Counted from the stretch's first letter, positions 1 to 15,317 are shown. The stretch is 64,000 nucleotides of DNA from Hyphochytrium catenoides (GCA_900088475.1 FLMG01004215.1:110561-174560); one strand, 5' to 3'. A program made the numbers and translations. The notes: generated by a model not told the origin, from the letters alone.

Positions 1-2269
1 TTGACCGCCGTAGAGTAAATGTTCTGGATCTCTTCCTGTTGCTCTAAGACTTTATCGGAGAAGACCGATAACAAACTTGATATTTCATTCATCTTGGCCT
101 CCACTTGGCTAGGAGAGAGAGAGTCATGGTTAAATATACTGACTAAGAGCAAAAAGACAGCATTTCAGGGTCCACACAGACTTGAAGAAAAGAGAGAGAG
201 AGGGAGGAGCAGGTGCAGCTGGCATCCAGATACAGCAATGCTCACCGCACATCCTCAAGTTCGCTTTCTAAATCGACTTCAAGCAGTTGGTTCTCGGCAC
301 GGAAGATGGCCTCTTCCTCCTCATCAAGCACCAGTGGGTCTTCTTCCTGAAGCTCAGCTAGCATAGACTGCGCCGACTGAATCGATAGAATTGCATCCGA
401 TTATTCTACGTGGCAGAATAACGGACAGTAAAAAGAAAACATAGAAGGAACTCGTGGACGGAGAAGACCACGATTAGCTTGGGGCAAGGCGCCAATGTGT
501 CAACTTGAAAATCAAGAGCTGAGATGAGAAAGGACAGGCCACCGCCTGACAAGACTCTAGCAGCTGATACCTTCTGTCTCTCCTTCTCAGGCGTCTTAAT
601 CCGAAACGGGAGCGAAAGGTCATCATCCGCTTTCTGGAGCACAGAGGAAAACCTATCAAGAGAAGCAATTAGCCTTCATGGGGGGAAAGGGGGTAGCCGC
701 CTTCTGCTTATGGGTCATGAACTGATTGACAGCGATTACTAGATGTGACTATAAGTGCCCAACATTTTGCCTTTACCTTGCTTTCTCTTCCAGGGATTGC
801 TGGTAGCGTCGAGTGCGCTGAGCGTCAATAGCTTTTGCCAGACTCCGGAGCCGCTAATGGTATCATAATTAAAGGAAAGATTGTGGTTCGGCCTTTATCC
901 TCTGTCCAGGACAAGCTTTGACCTCCTCCAGTTTAGCGCTAAACCCTCATAATTGGTAAAATGGCCTCTATCCCGTGCACTTTCCCTTCCTCTTCCTCTA
1001 TGTCTCCCTGTAATTTGTTCTTACCTCGAGGGAGTAGACCACAACGCCCTGCTGATGAGCTGCCTGGTCTAGGCCTGATGTGGCCTTACCTGTGACATCG
1101 AGGCAAATAGAAGCTGAGACATTGTAGCCAACCTGGGCTCCTAACTAACACCGTGTGAAGACGAACACATGGACCTCTCTATGTCTAGAGAGACAAAAGC
1201 GAGTCAAAGAACAATAACAATGGATGAAGAGGATCACGTAAGGCTTTAACGCTGATATTTAGTAATCACCTGACACCTGGTGCTGCAGAGCAGATATAAC
1301 CCTTTCGCACTCTTGGATGAAAATGATAGACTCCTAAGCCCAACAAATATAAGTTGGATGGAACTGAAGAGGGGAGTTGGCTCATTGAAGAGCGATAGGC
1401 AAACAAAACATCGAGAAGGAAAGCAACCCCCTACAAGACGTTAGAGTCCGCAGTGCGGATCTTCCGACATGGAGGAGAACCAGGGATCGGCATGGGTTAG
1501 AGAAACTCAGAAGTTTAGAGATTGCCTCTGGCGTAGAGGCACTCACCGACTCGATATTGTCCTTTTCCTCTTCGCTCATAACAGATCCAGCTCTTCTGGT
1601 TCCCCATCTGTCGTTAGAGGGGGTCAAGGTGTCCAAGTCAGCCAGACAAACTGAGAAGCTAAGTGAGAAGAGTCATCTAGACACAAGTTCCGTGGAGAGG
1701 GCGTAAAGTGAGGGAGCTATTAAGCGCCAGATGGTCAAACGCTGCTCCGAAACCTCGATAGTGAAGAAATTGCCTTCCAATCATTCCTCCGTCAGCCTTA
1801 CTTGACTATGCCAAGATAGTAGGGAGCATTTTCTTGTAAGAACGCCTCAGTGGCTGCAATTCGCTTGACCTGCATAAGGGACCAACAACGATCAGGTGCA
1901 GAATGCGAGCCCTTGAGGCGCTTGAGGACAAAGCAGGAGAGAGCGCGGGACAAGGCTAACGAGAGACACTCTGAAGAAAGAGAATGCGAGAGCCTGCTAG
2001 GCTCCATAGCATTAATGGCACATGCAGGGAAAAAGATACTGGACCTAGAATTAGAAGAGAGCCAAGAATGTAGAGATTAGCAAAAAGCCAGCAAATAAGG
2101 AAGCAGTCAATCGCCGCCCTTAACGTACAATGCCCGCCATTTCTGCATCGAACGGGGTTTGGGGGCCGTCTTCGTCTGCCCCCTTCCGCTTTTTCTCATC
2201 AGGAGGTAGGCCCTTCTCTTCCCTCAAGGCCCTGACAAGCTCTTCCCATTGCGGTGTAAGGTCAGTCAT
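1..2269 (-). CDS. STX18: Syntaxin-18/Ufe1/SYP81-like ER Qa-SNARE (multi-exon; 3' end runs off the window)
   Basis: Spliced by eye: MTDLTPQWEELVRAL..., EAFLQENAPYYL, MSEEEKDNIES, AAHQQGVVVYSLE, FRAENQLLEVDLESELEDVR|QVEAKMNEISSLLSVFSDKVLEQQEEIQNIYSTAV (STX18-type SNARE motif); GT-AG junctions. Confidence 0.85.
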
Positions 2270-2988
2270 CCTGCTTAGAGAGCTCAATCAGTGCATTCTC
2301 CAGAACCTCCAAGGCTGTACTTCCAAAATACTGCTCCTTGATGAGAGGAATAAGATCAGAAGCAGATTGAAGAGGCAACACTTAGAGAGCCCTTCCTGCC
2401 CGCAACATAGCAACTAGATCCCGATAACCGCGGACGGAGCTTTAGAGAGACGGTGGCTACGAACAGGAACCCTGTGGGCCTGTGGGCCGCTAGCAATGTA
2501 TAGAAACTTATGCGGTGAGACAGGCAGGCGAGCAAGCAAAGCGGCCGATGAAGCTTTGAGGGCGACAGTCGTTGTTGATGCCACGTGAAGATTATTGTGT
2601 TCTACAATGCTGATCGTATATCTCTACCGCACTCTGTCATCCACAGTCTCAACTTTACTCGTATCTCCACCAAGCCTAGCTAGGAATAGATCCTTCAGAG
2701 ACTCTAATCTAACTCTCTCCGTCGGTCACAGCCCCCATCTCATTTCACTCTGTCTCGTACGCCCTTTCTGCAGCAAGATGAGACTGATGCCTACACAGAT
2801 TTATGGATTGTACACGAGAACATAGTCCACGAATTAAGGCTCTGCTGACAATGAAGTGTAAAGGTTTTCACTAAGCTAAAAGACTTTTGATTTCGTTGGC
2901 GGGAGTTTCCGAATTTTGAAGTGTTGACAAAAAACTCTTGTGAGCCCAGACAAACAGTGAGAAATTACACGAGTAGGAAACCGTTAGG

Positions 2989-2994
2989 GAGAGA

Positions 2995-3048
<54 letters not shown>
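2989..3048. repeat. (GA)n microsatellite in the STX18/UvrD divergent intergenic region
   Basis: About 30 GA units with one CA interruption. Confidence 0.95.
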
Positions 3049-3053
<5 letters not shown>

Positions 3054-3276
3054 GAGACGGAGAAACATGGGCGGAGCAGCTCTTGAGACCTCAATGTGAG
3101 CTGCCACAGGTGCCTGACTTCCTCGGCATAGCCGACGAGTAAGATCACCGGCGATGCAGGAGGGTTATGAGCGATGGTCTCCTTGAAGGGCAAGGAGCAA
3201 TGAGGGAGCTCACTAATGGAACGGGGAAGGAGTGACGCATTAACCTAGGCGATGAGAACAGCATCCCAGTTTCAAG

Positions 3277-6200
3277 ATGACAGTTGCCGAGCGCTTGAAT
3301 ACGTCGTTCAACCTTGATGAGGACCAGCGAAAGGTCCTGTCTCTTCCCGTTCCTGCCGTCCATCTGTCTTCTGTTTCCTTTCTCCTCTCTGTGCCTTCTC
3401 CTTCAGCTGCCATCTTTTCCTATTTTACTTTGCTCTCTTTCTGACTCTCTTTCTCTGTGTATCTCTCTCACTGTGCCTCTCTCTCGCTCTCTGTGTGTCT
3501 CTTTCTGTGTGTGTCTCTCTCTTTCTCTCTCTTCTCTTTCTCTCACTCTATCCCCCTCTTTCCTGCACACTCCCTGACCCCTACTCTGACTCCAGTCACG
3601 AAACAGCCCCACTTAATCTTTCCTGCATAGTCTATATCGGCTGCGCCTTGTTATCTCAGTGTCTCTTGCTCTTTTACATCAGCTTGGACTAAGGCTTGTC
3701 TCTCCTGTGGTCCCAGGCTGTGGAAGCTGAGGGCGCTGTGGCGGTCCTTGCAGGGCCTGGTAAGTGGGGCGCGAAATGGTGCAGGCATGATGAGTCACCT
3801 GAAAGTGGAAGAGTTGCAAGGCCTGGACCGAAATAATGGGTGGAGCTCATTAGGGCATCCCACCCTTTTCGTCAATGCCTAGTAGTTCTCTCTTGGCCTC
3901 CGTCGTCGAGGAGGGCTCCTGTTGATAACTTCAGCTTTTTTCCTTTCTCTCACTTCACTTCTTATACTATGAGGTTCTTGAGCTCTTGTGAGGCTAATAG
4001 ACGGACGTCACGTCATGATGTAGGCAGTGGCAAAACTCAAGTCATCGCTTCAAGAATTCTGAGGCTCATCGAGGAGCATAATGTCCCACCGCAGAGGATC
4101 TGTGCGCTAACCTTTACAAACAAGGCCGCAAGGGAGATGAAGGAGCGAGTGCAGCGCCTAGCAAAGCAGGACCAAGGAAAAGCAAGCACCGCCGATGGGG
4201 TGTTGGTGTGCACCCTTCACTCTTTGTCAGCAAAAATATTGAGAACGGATGGCCATGTCATAGGTAGTCAACACAATTCGATTCTCCTTTGAATATTTCA
4301 CTCGCTCAGTCTATCTCTCTTTCATCTCCTTCACTCACTTACTTTTTCCTTTCGTTGCATTTTTCCTGTTTAGCAGTCCACGTAGATCACTCTTGCTTTT
4401 CTGACTCTTACTAGCGTTCTCCTTCGATTCTGGTCCTTGTTCTCTATCTCTACCAAGGAGACCTGTTGGTGGCTCCTTCGTTGCCCCGAACTCTATCGGC
4501 CGTCTAAATAATAATCAGCCCATCTCATTGCTGTCGTTACCCTTGTGCGCTATGCTTCATACTTAGCAATTCAAGCTCACTTTCACCTGATGGTCCCGCT
4601 TCCTCCCTCCATATTTGCTCTCTTTCCCTCAGGTGTTGACCCAAAGTTTACTATATGTGACTCTTCAGAGCAGAAGAAACTGGTACAAACTCTCCTGAAG
4701 GAGGGAACAGGAGCTCAAGGGGATGAACCCCATGGTCCGGTGAGAGATAGACTGGTTGGGTAACTTAGGACAGTCTTTCTTATCCCGAGTCTCTCCTGCT
4801 TTCTCGTGCTTATCTCACGCTCTTTAGTCTGCCTTGCGATTGTCGGAAGCACGCTACCACTGAACCGTACTTCGTCTCTACGTGGCACTCTCATTTCCAG
4901 GATGAGACTGTTAGAATAGAGGAGGTATTGGAGGCAATAGCGAAAGCGAAGAACCAGCTGTTGACTAGAGAGGAATGGTATCAAAAGAGCTCTAAAACAG
5001 CATCTGATAAGACCACCTTTAAAGGTGAGGAGCGGAAGAACAGGACTTCTAGCCATCCCATGTGCTATGTGATGAAGACACCTTTTGTGCTACTTTCTAC
5101 TGGAGTGCCTTCACGCTCAATCCCTACTTCTCTGTTTTACTTGAGAATTATCCGTTATATCTTCTTGCCCTAAGTATTGCCTGTTCTCGGCTCTGGGCTT
5201 GGCTCTTCGCCACATCCCACCGGTCACGGTTGGGTGCTTCAATCTTCGTAACTCATTCGAGGTCGTTTCTCTCTCTCTCTCTGGGAGTCTCTACCTTCCG
5301 TATTCTTGGCACTGGAACTCCCAAATCTCATGTAGCTTAATCTCCACGTCTCCTCTCAACCCGCAGTTTGGGCAGAGTACGAGGTCTCCCTAAAGAAGAG
5401 CAATTGCCTGGACTTTACTGATCTACTGGTTCTCACCAAGCGGCTCCTGGAGCGCTCCGATGTGGTTCGAATGAAATATTCGCAGCGATTTCAGCACGTT
5501 CTTGTTGACGAGTTCCAGGATTTAAGTGTCCTTCAGTATCTGTTAGCGTCTCTTCTCTCTTCTTATCACCGGGCCCTCACAGTTGTCGGAGACCCCGATC
5601 AGTGCATCTATTCCTGGAGGTACGCAGCGAAGGAGATCTGGCAGATGTTCAAAAGGGATTTCCCAAACGCAAAGGTAAGGTTGAGACTAACCTAAGGCCC
5701 CTAATGCCTGTGATGTGATAGAACGATAATAAGCTGAGCGCCTGAGTATCATCTAGGCCGTATGTTATCCACCGATGGAGTCTCTATTCTAACACGCGTC
5801 TTTCTGCTCTCGCCATTCTGTTCACATTACCTGCAAAAGATGATCCCTCTGGAAAAGAACTATCGAAGTTCTCCCTCAATAGTTCACTGCGCCTTGAAGG
5901 TGATTAGTGAAAGTAAAGGAAGGATCAAAAAAGGAATGTGGACTCATAATCCAGAGGGACCGCCAGTTATAATTCAAGAAGTACAGTCTCCAGAGAGCGA
6001 AGCCAGGTACCTGTGTTCGCTCTCGCACTAAATATCTGGGGACCAAGCGCCGTAGAAGGCCGCATTTTCTGCCTGACCCTCGTGTCTCTTCCCTGACAAG
6101 CACTACTCAATCTTATGGTTCGGTTTTGTTTATCGGGTAGAAGACCTCCTTTTCTTATTTCAGCTACCTCCTTCCACCATGCCGTACGACTAGTGATTTC

Positions 6201-9200
6201 GTTTACGATCCCTTACTCTTCTTTGTTTCATTGCCATTCTTCGGGATTCTCGTGTGGTGCGGCTGATACCTTCCCCAAGATATGCAACGAGCCACATCCA
6301 GCGATCTCTGTCAGACTCTAGTTCGCAGAGCTCTGCTATCAAGACCATTGGGATTCTTCTTAGATCCTCCTCTATGGCCAAGACCTTTGAACATGGCCTT
6401 CTTTCGGCAGGGGTCAAGTACACGGTGGTTGGGGGAGCAGGCATTCTGGACCGCAAGGAGGTTAGGTGCTCGTAACTCTTCATTAATACTTAACTGTGAC
6501 TATGGCCAGGCGCACGAATAGGTGACGGCGTGACAGTTCTCTTCTGTTAGCAGCTGCTTTTCTGTCACACCCTATCTTACCTGCTCTTTTGCTGGTCAAT
6601 GTGCTCTCCGTACTTTCCAGGTCAAGACTTTACTCTGCTACTTGCGCCTGGCGCTGAATCACTCTGATGACTTAGCACTGAGTCAAGTGATCAATACCCC
6701 ACGTCGAGGGCTAGGGGAAAAGACCCAGGAAGAGATTCGGAGCAAGGCTCGGGAGAACGGCATTTCGCAGCACGAAGCTTGTGTAAGGGTTGTCCAGGGT
6801 CGGCTGACGCTTAGTGGAGTGAAAGGTGAGTCTGGCTCCTACGAACCTGCCTATCCCTAGCGTTCACCCTGCCCTTGGCTTAACCATCTGACGGTCAGTG
6901 GGTCATGTGGAGTGTGGTGTGAAAGAGCCTGTAAATAGATTCTGCAGGAGTCTAAGCCGAGAGTGAAAACAGACTAGCGAGAGAGCGGAACCTCATTACA
7001 CCCCTTGCACTTGACTGCGTGACTCTATTGGACAGGAGGTCACAACCGTCTGCAGCAGCTGCAACAGTTTCTGGAAGTCTTAGACGGGGTCGAGAAGCGA
7101 ATCTGCTCCGGCGCACCCTTGATTGGCAGCATCGAGTATTTGATGGAAGCAATACAGTTTGAGGTAGGGCCAGTATTGTAGACGACACTAATGATGATGT
7201 GAACACCTCAAAAGAAGGGATGACGGTTCAGATCTCCGATCTAGCCCTGTACCGTCGACCCCTTCCTGGCTCAATTCTCGCTTCTCGCTCTGTCTCCCTT
7301 GATTATTCTTCTTCACCCTAAGACCTACGAGAGCAATCCTACTCACAGTATGCGTGGAATGGGTGCACATCTATTTGAAGCTCTGACAAGGGTCGCCGTT
7401 TGCTCTTAGGAATTTGTGAGGGGAAGCTCTCCGTTAAGTCCTACACAGACAGACGACATGGAGACCTGTAAGGCTTGGGAGAGTATTGAAGCTCTGCTAC
7501 AGCTTGTCCGCTCCTTCACTTCAGGTAGCAGTTCTTCATCCAACTTCTTCAAGCCTGAACCTAGCTGACATGCCTCCTTCCATCTTTCTTCAACCTTCGC
7601 TGCTCAAACTTGCGAAGAGACGGATGATGGCCATGCGAAGCTCTCTTGCCTGTTGGAAGCACTAGCTCTCGGAGCAGTAGCGGACGATGAGACGGTGGGT
7701 GGCCTGTCTCTACTCGGCTTCTTAGTACCAAATTCTTGCGGTTGGGCAGGGTCAACAGCGGTGGTGGCAATCTTTGGAGCTTGATTCCCCTTCCTTTGCC
7801 ATTGCCTCTCTCAAAGTTTGTGCCTGCTAATACGTCATGTGTTTTTTCCAGCCCACCTCCTCAAAAAAAGCGCAAGGAGCTGCTGAGGAAGAACCATTGT
7901 CACTCTCGCTGTCTCCGTCTCTTGCCCTTCCGGTGAAGGTAGACATTTCAACCATCCATGCCGCCAAAGGCAGAGAGTGGGATTTGGTCTTCGTAGCTGG
8001 AGTTGAAGAGGGCATCATTCCTCACAGAAAGTCTATGGAGGAAGGAGGAGAGGAACAATGGGAAGAGGAAAGACGATTACTTTATGTTGCCATGACAAGG
8101 TACCTGACTCTTCTCACCGTTCTGTTCGCACCGCGTACCAAGTGATGTAATGGCTCAGACATCTTCGCCCATATCGTCCTCCGGTCGCCTTCTCCCATAT
8201 CCTCCTCCTGGCATGATACGTTCTTTGCTTTCATCGTTGTCATTGTGATATTCAGGCTTTTAATGTTGGTCTGGAGCTGCCGCTACGTCCTCACGTTTGT
8301 TGTATGCTCCTTCTGTCTGTTTGCAGGGCCAGAAAGGAACTCCACCTCCTTCGTAGCATCTATCGACAGTCCTCATACGGTTCTGTAAACGGATCCGGAC
8401 GGACAGTTTGGTCTCGATTTCTGTCTTGCTTGTACTTCGGGCAGAACAGAATAGCAGGTAAGCCATCCCTATTCTTGGGCAGTCCAAGGCTCGTGCTGGT
8501 TTTAAGAATGGCTCACCCTTTCGTGTCCCTAGAACAAGATGTCTCTTCTGTGAAATGGAGGGAAATCGATTGGAATGAAGCAAAAGAAGGGTCCGGAGGA
8601 AAAGAGCCGGCAGCAAGATCTAGTAAGAAGCACCACCCTCTGAGGGGAGAGTCACAGCGACCAGCCAATGTAAGCGAACATTTTTACCACGAAAGGACAT
8701 GGTCAATGCTGGAGTACCGCGACCTGCCTTATTTACGCCTCTTCTTAGCTCTCCTGCCAGTTCGCTACCGCAAAGACAGCCATGAGCTTCTCTACCGCTG
8801 ATCCTTCACGCGCTAGTAACGAAGAGGTGGAGCACCCTACAAAGAAGCGGAGGGGACATGTTACCAAGCTAACAGTAGCAGAACGACAATCAGCTGTCAC
8901 TAGAGGCAAACAAGAAGGAATAGAGAACAGCCACACCTCACGCTCTTCCAAGCTCTTGTCACTCAACACCGCGAAGAAAGAGCGAAGGGGTCCAAGCTTA
9001 GATGGATGGCTGGTGTGCAGGAACGCTACGAAAACAATAGATGAAAACATAGGCGAAGCATTCACCTCATCTCCTGCAAAGGGGCAGGAAAAGGTGACAA
9101 CGGGGAACGAGGACCAACGTGAGATCAAAACAACTGAGGAAGTGCTGAGACGAACCCGAACCCAATTCATCGCGACCCGAGATACTGAACGGGCGTATTC

Positions 9201-9339
9201 AAAGCCACTGAACGGTAAGCAGGGCCAGAAGAAGCGTCTACTGGGCTCAAGGTTGTGCCTTAGCAAGGAAAACAGGCCGCATTTGGGTGCCTTCAAGCTC
9301 CCACGACTTCAGAAGAACACTGAGAAGACTATTGGTTAA
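3277..9339 (+). CDS. UvrD/PcrA/Srs2-family SF1A 3'-5' DNA helicase with a disordered basic C-terminal tail (multi-exon)
   Basis: LDEDQRK|AVEAEGAVAVLAGP|GSGKT (Walker A split by an intron), LTFTNKAAREMKERV, DFTDLL, VLVDEFQD, VVGDPDQCIYSWRYA, LEKNYRS, INTPRRGLG, STIHAAKGREW, EEERRLLYVAMTR|ARKEL, SRFL. Confidence 0.92.
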
Positions 9340-9690
9340 GATCAGTGACAAGAGAAGAGATACTCTCTTCTTGAGTGTTGGCCCTCGGATTTACGGTGGC
9401 TGGATGGACTACCGAGCCTATGGTTAAAGTGACTTCGTTGGCCTACGTCGTCGGTGGAAGTGGTCGTATACAAGCACTAATTCTGACTGCAAGGAAAGGA
9501 TAGGCCCTCGCCATTGCTAATTCTAGAAGTCTGGCAGTCCAAGGTGCGGGTGCCAAGGCACAAATTGAGTCTTCCAGGATATGTATGCTACGAGGCAGGA
9601 GGGAGCTCACGGAAGATGGCAGGCGCACGGCCTTATGGTCAACTTGTGCTTAGAACTAGCCATCTAAACCAGCTGAAGTCCCTCTTTTCT

Positions 9691-12600
9691 TTAACGAAAT
9701 TCTTCTTGCCTCTGGTTGATTAGCTTTCGTGGTAGCATGATCAACCTTTGGACCATCAAGTTTGCAATGTAAGGCTTTTCTTTATTGAACGTGGAGTTAG
9801 TGAATTTGGGACTCGTTGCTTGTGCAAGGGTGTAATGTCTAGCCGTGCCCACTGGCTCCCCCCAGACATATAAAGTCTGTGGCTTTGATTTCCTTATCGC
9901 GGCCCTTATTTTCGTTCGTGACTTATCGTGGTCGAGTGCTCTTAAGCTTATGCCAAGAGATGCATGAGAAGGAATATCGGGATCTGTTGCCTCGGATGTC
10001 ATAAGTTGGGCATTTCGCCGCCCACGTTTCCAGGCTGTGGTCTAAAGCCTGGTAGCCACCCAATAAAGAACTGTAGAACATCAGAATGGATTTTATCGTT
10101 AGTATGTTCCTATTGCCTGTCTTTGATTGTCTCCAACGAAGCGTCGAAACCGACTTCGTCACCTTCGAAAGGGCAGCGAACCTGACAAGTGCTCCTTCCA
10201 ATATATACTATGCTAAACTCAGTGCACTGCACAAGTCAGAGAGAGCGATGCCGATGGGTCACTATGCGCACTATTGCCTCTGGCTTACTTGCAGAGGATC
10301 CGCTGGATGGATAGCATGGCATCATTAGGAATATGCACATTTTGCTTCTTCATCACCTGAAATAGACCCATCATTGGGACAAGACTTCGATCCTTTACGA
10401 AGGCGCGGACTGCAAGACTAAAGTCGTCATATCGCACCCTCCCTTGCTGTCCAGGCGCAGACAATAGGTCCAAGAGGACGCCAAGGTCATTTCTTACAGC
10501 AGCTTCTTTAATGATGCGTTGCAGGAGAGACGGTTGGGTTGGCCTTCTGCTCCCCTCAAGGGACGAGGCTCGTGGTCCAGAAGGAACAAGACTCTTTGTA
10601 GATGCTCTAATTTTCTCCAGTAGCATTTGACGAGCTTCCGGGTTACCGCTGACAAGAACCTTGTAGGCTGTGGTGGACCTAATTTCCATGCCAGACTTCA
10701 AGAGGCGTGACAGCAATCTGATAAGGGCGTCAGACGCGCCCTTGTCCGTGTTGTCTTCGGCCAAGGAGCCTACCAGATCATTTATGATACGTCCATAGGC
10801 TGCGGAGAGGTAGGGCCGCTTGCTGGCGCCCTCCAGCAGAACTAGCAGCCGCCCAAGCTTGTCCCACTGCCTACTTTTGAGAAAGCGATTACAGAGCTTC
10901 AATAACTCCATTTCAGACCCTTGTACATGGCGTTTCTCTTCCTTAGCATGGACGATAAACCTTGTGAGTGCAAACTCCTGCAGCTCTGGCTGCACTCCTG
11001 CGGCTACACGTGCCAAGAGAAAGTAGCTCAGAGCATCCGGACCCGAAGTCCTCATCATGACGTCAGCCATTCTTTCTGCGGCTAAATAGCGCTTTCGACG
11101 TTGTTCCTTCGCACTCAGTTCCGCGCTTTTGTAGTACTTGAGCAGTCCCGAGAGAGCTCCGCTGAAAACAAACCCGTCCAGCTTGTTATGATCTCGTTCT
11201 GCTTCTATTAACCTGACGATGGCCGCTGCATCTCCTAAGCGACCGTGAACCCATGCTACCTCGGCTAGCAGGACCAGATCCAGGGTCATGATGCCATTAT
11301 GCTTCAGGTCTTGCGTGACCGTAAGGCAGCTTTGGAAGTCATCTTTTGCCTTAAGGTGTTTCATGAGACGTCCAGCTATACGGTAGATGAAGCGTTTCGG
11401 CATCTGCAAGAGTATGCAAGTCACATAACATCAGAAGAGCGGTAGATCAGACACAGCATTCAAACCGTTACAAAGCGGACTCCCAAGAGGGATGTCTTAC
11501 CGCCTCATCCGTCAATACTTCGTGCAATAGAGCTTTGGCCTCTGTGGTGCAGCCTTGTTCAATGTATTGGGTCATCAGTAACTCTTGAATGTAGCCATGC
11601 TTACGCACATCCAACTCTTTCATTAGCTCAACCACGGTAAGAAGCTTCTTAAACTGTTTCGTCTTCGCATAGACCTACCATTACGGGAAGGGAAACGAAT
11701 TCGTGAAAGTGTGATTAGAGTAGCTGGGATGATGATGCGGGGCCGATAGCAGTAGACTTGAAAGGGAAGGATACCTCTAACATCTGCGCGAAGCCCTCAG
11801 AAGAGGGTTGCAGAGCAAACTCTGTCCCCGTACTGGCGCGCTTGAGCAGGTGCAGGAAAGTGAGCTGTGTGAGAAGCCGGTGGCGAGCCGCCTCAGCGAG
11901 CTTCGAGTCCATCTTAGAGGGATGCAGTGCGGCCGTTGCCCCTGCAATCCAGTCTTCCACTACAGAGATGCCCCTGCTTTGACAAGCAGTGGTAGGGCGA
12001 TTCGCTGATTCCATTGGCGTAGCCAACACCTTTGCAGTCCCGTCCGCGAAAGCCTCAAGCATAACGTTTTTAGCTGGATGGGTCCTGAAGGCTTGCAGGA
12101 CGTCCAGGACGCTCGTAGAACGACCCTTCTGGCGATTGACGGTATCCATCATTGCAGAGAAAACAAGCTCCACGAAATGGGGGTCATGAGCCTTATAGAA
12201 GCGCATGACGAGCTCACACACCACAACAGGTAACTTAAAGTCTGTGTCATCTGCAAGCTCCTCCAGAGCTGAAAGCAAGGCAGTCTCATCTCCTGCTGCA
12301 ACCGGCTTATATATATTGGTAAACGTCGTATCCTGAGCCTAAGCAATAGCGACGGTTCAGTCCCTCAGGTGTCGTAGCCAGGCCTAATGATAGCTAGCGC
12401 TCAACGGTGGAAAAGCTCTTGCTCTTACCTGTGATGGGGCGCTCTTTACTGCCTGATAAATGCTCATGCGGCTTTTATAGGTAGGGTATGTGCGCCTCCC
12501 AGCAGAGCGCTTGAGCTGTGAGCGCACAGAAGCAGCGGTGAGCCGCAGCGTTGGCCTCCCATCCTGCTTTAGAGCTTGAGGCTGTGATGCTATCCGCTGT

Positions 12601-12767
12601 GTTGACAGGAGAGCAATGAACCCCTTCAATTCCGCGCACACTGGGGAAGACACATCGGCGAAGAGGACCGGCAAGATAAAACTATTTCTCCGCTCCCGAG
12701 CAAGCCTTTTAAGAAGCATTCGGTTACCAGGCCCCATAGTGCCTTCTGAACGCAGCTTTCTTAACAT
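9691..12767 (-). CDS. Pentatricopeptide-repeat-like helical protein, probably mitochondrial (both ends uncertain)
   Basis: Long ORFs 10285-11424, 11715-12278 and 12430-12767, plus exon 11500-11675 (VYAKTKQFKKLLTVVELMKELDVRKHGYIQELLMTQYIEQGCTTEAKALLHEV) with PPR-like pattern; Arg/Leu-rich N-terminus. Confidence 0.55.
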
Positions 12768-13523
12768 CCACACCTCATCGTGACGTCCCGTGTATTCTCT
12801 ATAGCATCATCTATCAACTCGGCCCTTGTTCGAAGGCCCTTGCTGGTGCGTGAGTGCGGATAACATTGACATAGTCCGCCTTATGCTGCCATCCGCGGCT
12901 TACCCATGACCAAATGATTAGACCTCAGGGACATGACTGACGGCCTAGGAGGAGCGAGTGCCCAGCCGAGCAGCGATCGAGCGATCGAGCCGTTGTCATC
13001 AGAACTGCGAGGTCTTCCGTGAAGATCAATGGCAGATAGTTTTCTGGAGACTGCTCAACTGGTCTCGACACCTTCTCCCTCGTGCTACTTCCCTTGAGTT
13101 TCATTCCCAGTTTAGTCGCCCATCAGGATGTTTGAAGGTCTTTTTACATCAGTAAGGCGATTGATAGGTTTCTCAGTCCAGTCACTGATCCTAAGATAGT
13201 CGCACTAGGGCTTGGTTCAGAATAGCTGGTAACGTTCGGATGCTCACCCATCAAAAGCTCTTGTCCTGCTCGACATGACATGTGATCTGAGCTGTGGGAT
13301 GTGCGACATCATGATGGACTTCTGAGACAGTCGTGCAGATGGGGATGGCGACTGCAGCTCAGAAGATGCGCACCAAGAGCGATAACCTCAGGGAGTTCAG
13401 CAGTCTCACTCTGAAATATACTTCGTTAGATCCGTAAGCGCTCCACTCTGACTTGTTGTTGCGGTGAATTTAACTCTAAGTCCGCGCGTTGGGTTAAGCC
13501 TCGGCGTTTGACGCACCTTTATC

Positions 13524-14218
13524 ATGGATTGCCCCGATCCTGCTTGCAATGACAAAGTGGAGATGTTTAAGAGGTTTAATATTCCGGTGCCATCTAAGAG
13601 ACTGTCTGGAAAAGCAGGTAGGGTGGTTATGCACAAGCACGGAAGGAGCTGATAAGGTTACATCGCTGAGCTTGATGTGTGACAGAGAAAAAGGCAAACA
13701 AGAGGCTGGACTGCCCACCAACCAGGGGGGAGATTGGGGAGGCTGGCTGGAAGCTGGTGAGTGCCTTACACATCGTGCTGTCAAGTAGCTGTCTAACTGG
13801 AAAACGGAACAGCTCCATACCATGGCCGCCTACTATCCGGACAAACCTAGTCGCGACGATGAAGTGCAAATGCGGCAATTTATAAATGGCTTCGCAAAGT
13901 TCTACCCTTGCAACCACTGTGCCGAGGACTTTCAACAAGAAATTAAGAACAATCCACCACAGTAAGTCTAACTCTTGACGTACACATTGGTATCTATAAG
14001 CGTGATAAGCAACCTGACCCTGTACTTCCTCTAGGACTGAGTCTCGAAAGTCCCTGTCGCTGTGGATGTGTGAACAACACAATGAAGTAAATAGAAAGAT
14101 AGGGAAGAAACCGGTCAAATGCGTCTTTGAAGAGCTTCAAGCTCGATGGCGGACTGGTAGACCTGAGTGCTGGAATATTGCTGACGATGATGAGCCTCTA
14201 GACACCGGTGACGATTAG
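13524..14218 (+). CDS. ERV1: Erv1/ALR FAD-dependent sulfhydryl oxidase (4 exons; missed by the ORF track)
   Basis: MDCPDPACNDK...DCPPTRGEIGEAGWKL|LHTMAAYYPDKP...FYPCNHCAEDF...LWMCEQHNEVNRKIGKKPVKC...RW. Confidence 0.93.
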
Positions 14219-14302
14219 CAACTAGAGCAAGGGCAAGGATGGCCGTGTCATCCTTAGCAGCTATATAAATATTAGTTCGTTTTATAGTTGTCTTCTTTCA
14301 AT

Positions 14303-15317
<1,015 letters not shown>

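Noticed and set aside
2871-3692. Ser/Leu- or Arg/Glu-rich ORFs here and at 61345-63272
   Set aside because: Translations of CT/GA microsatellites in introns and intergenic DNA
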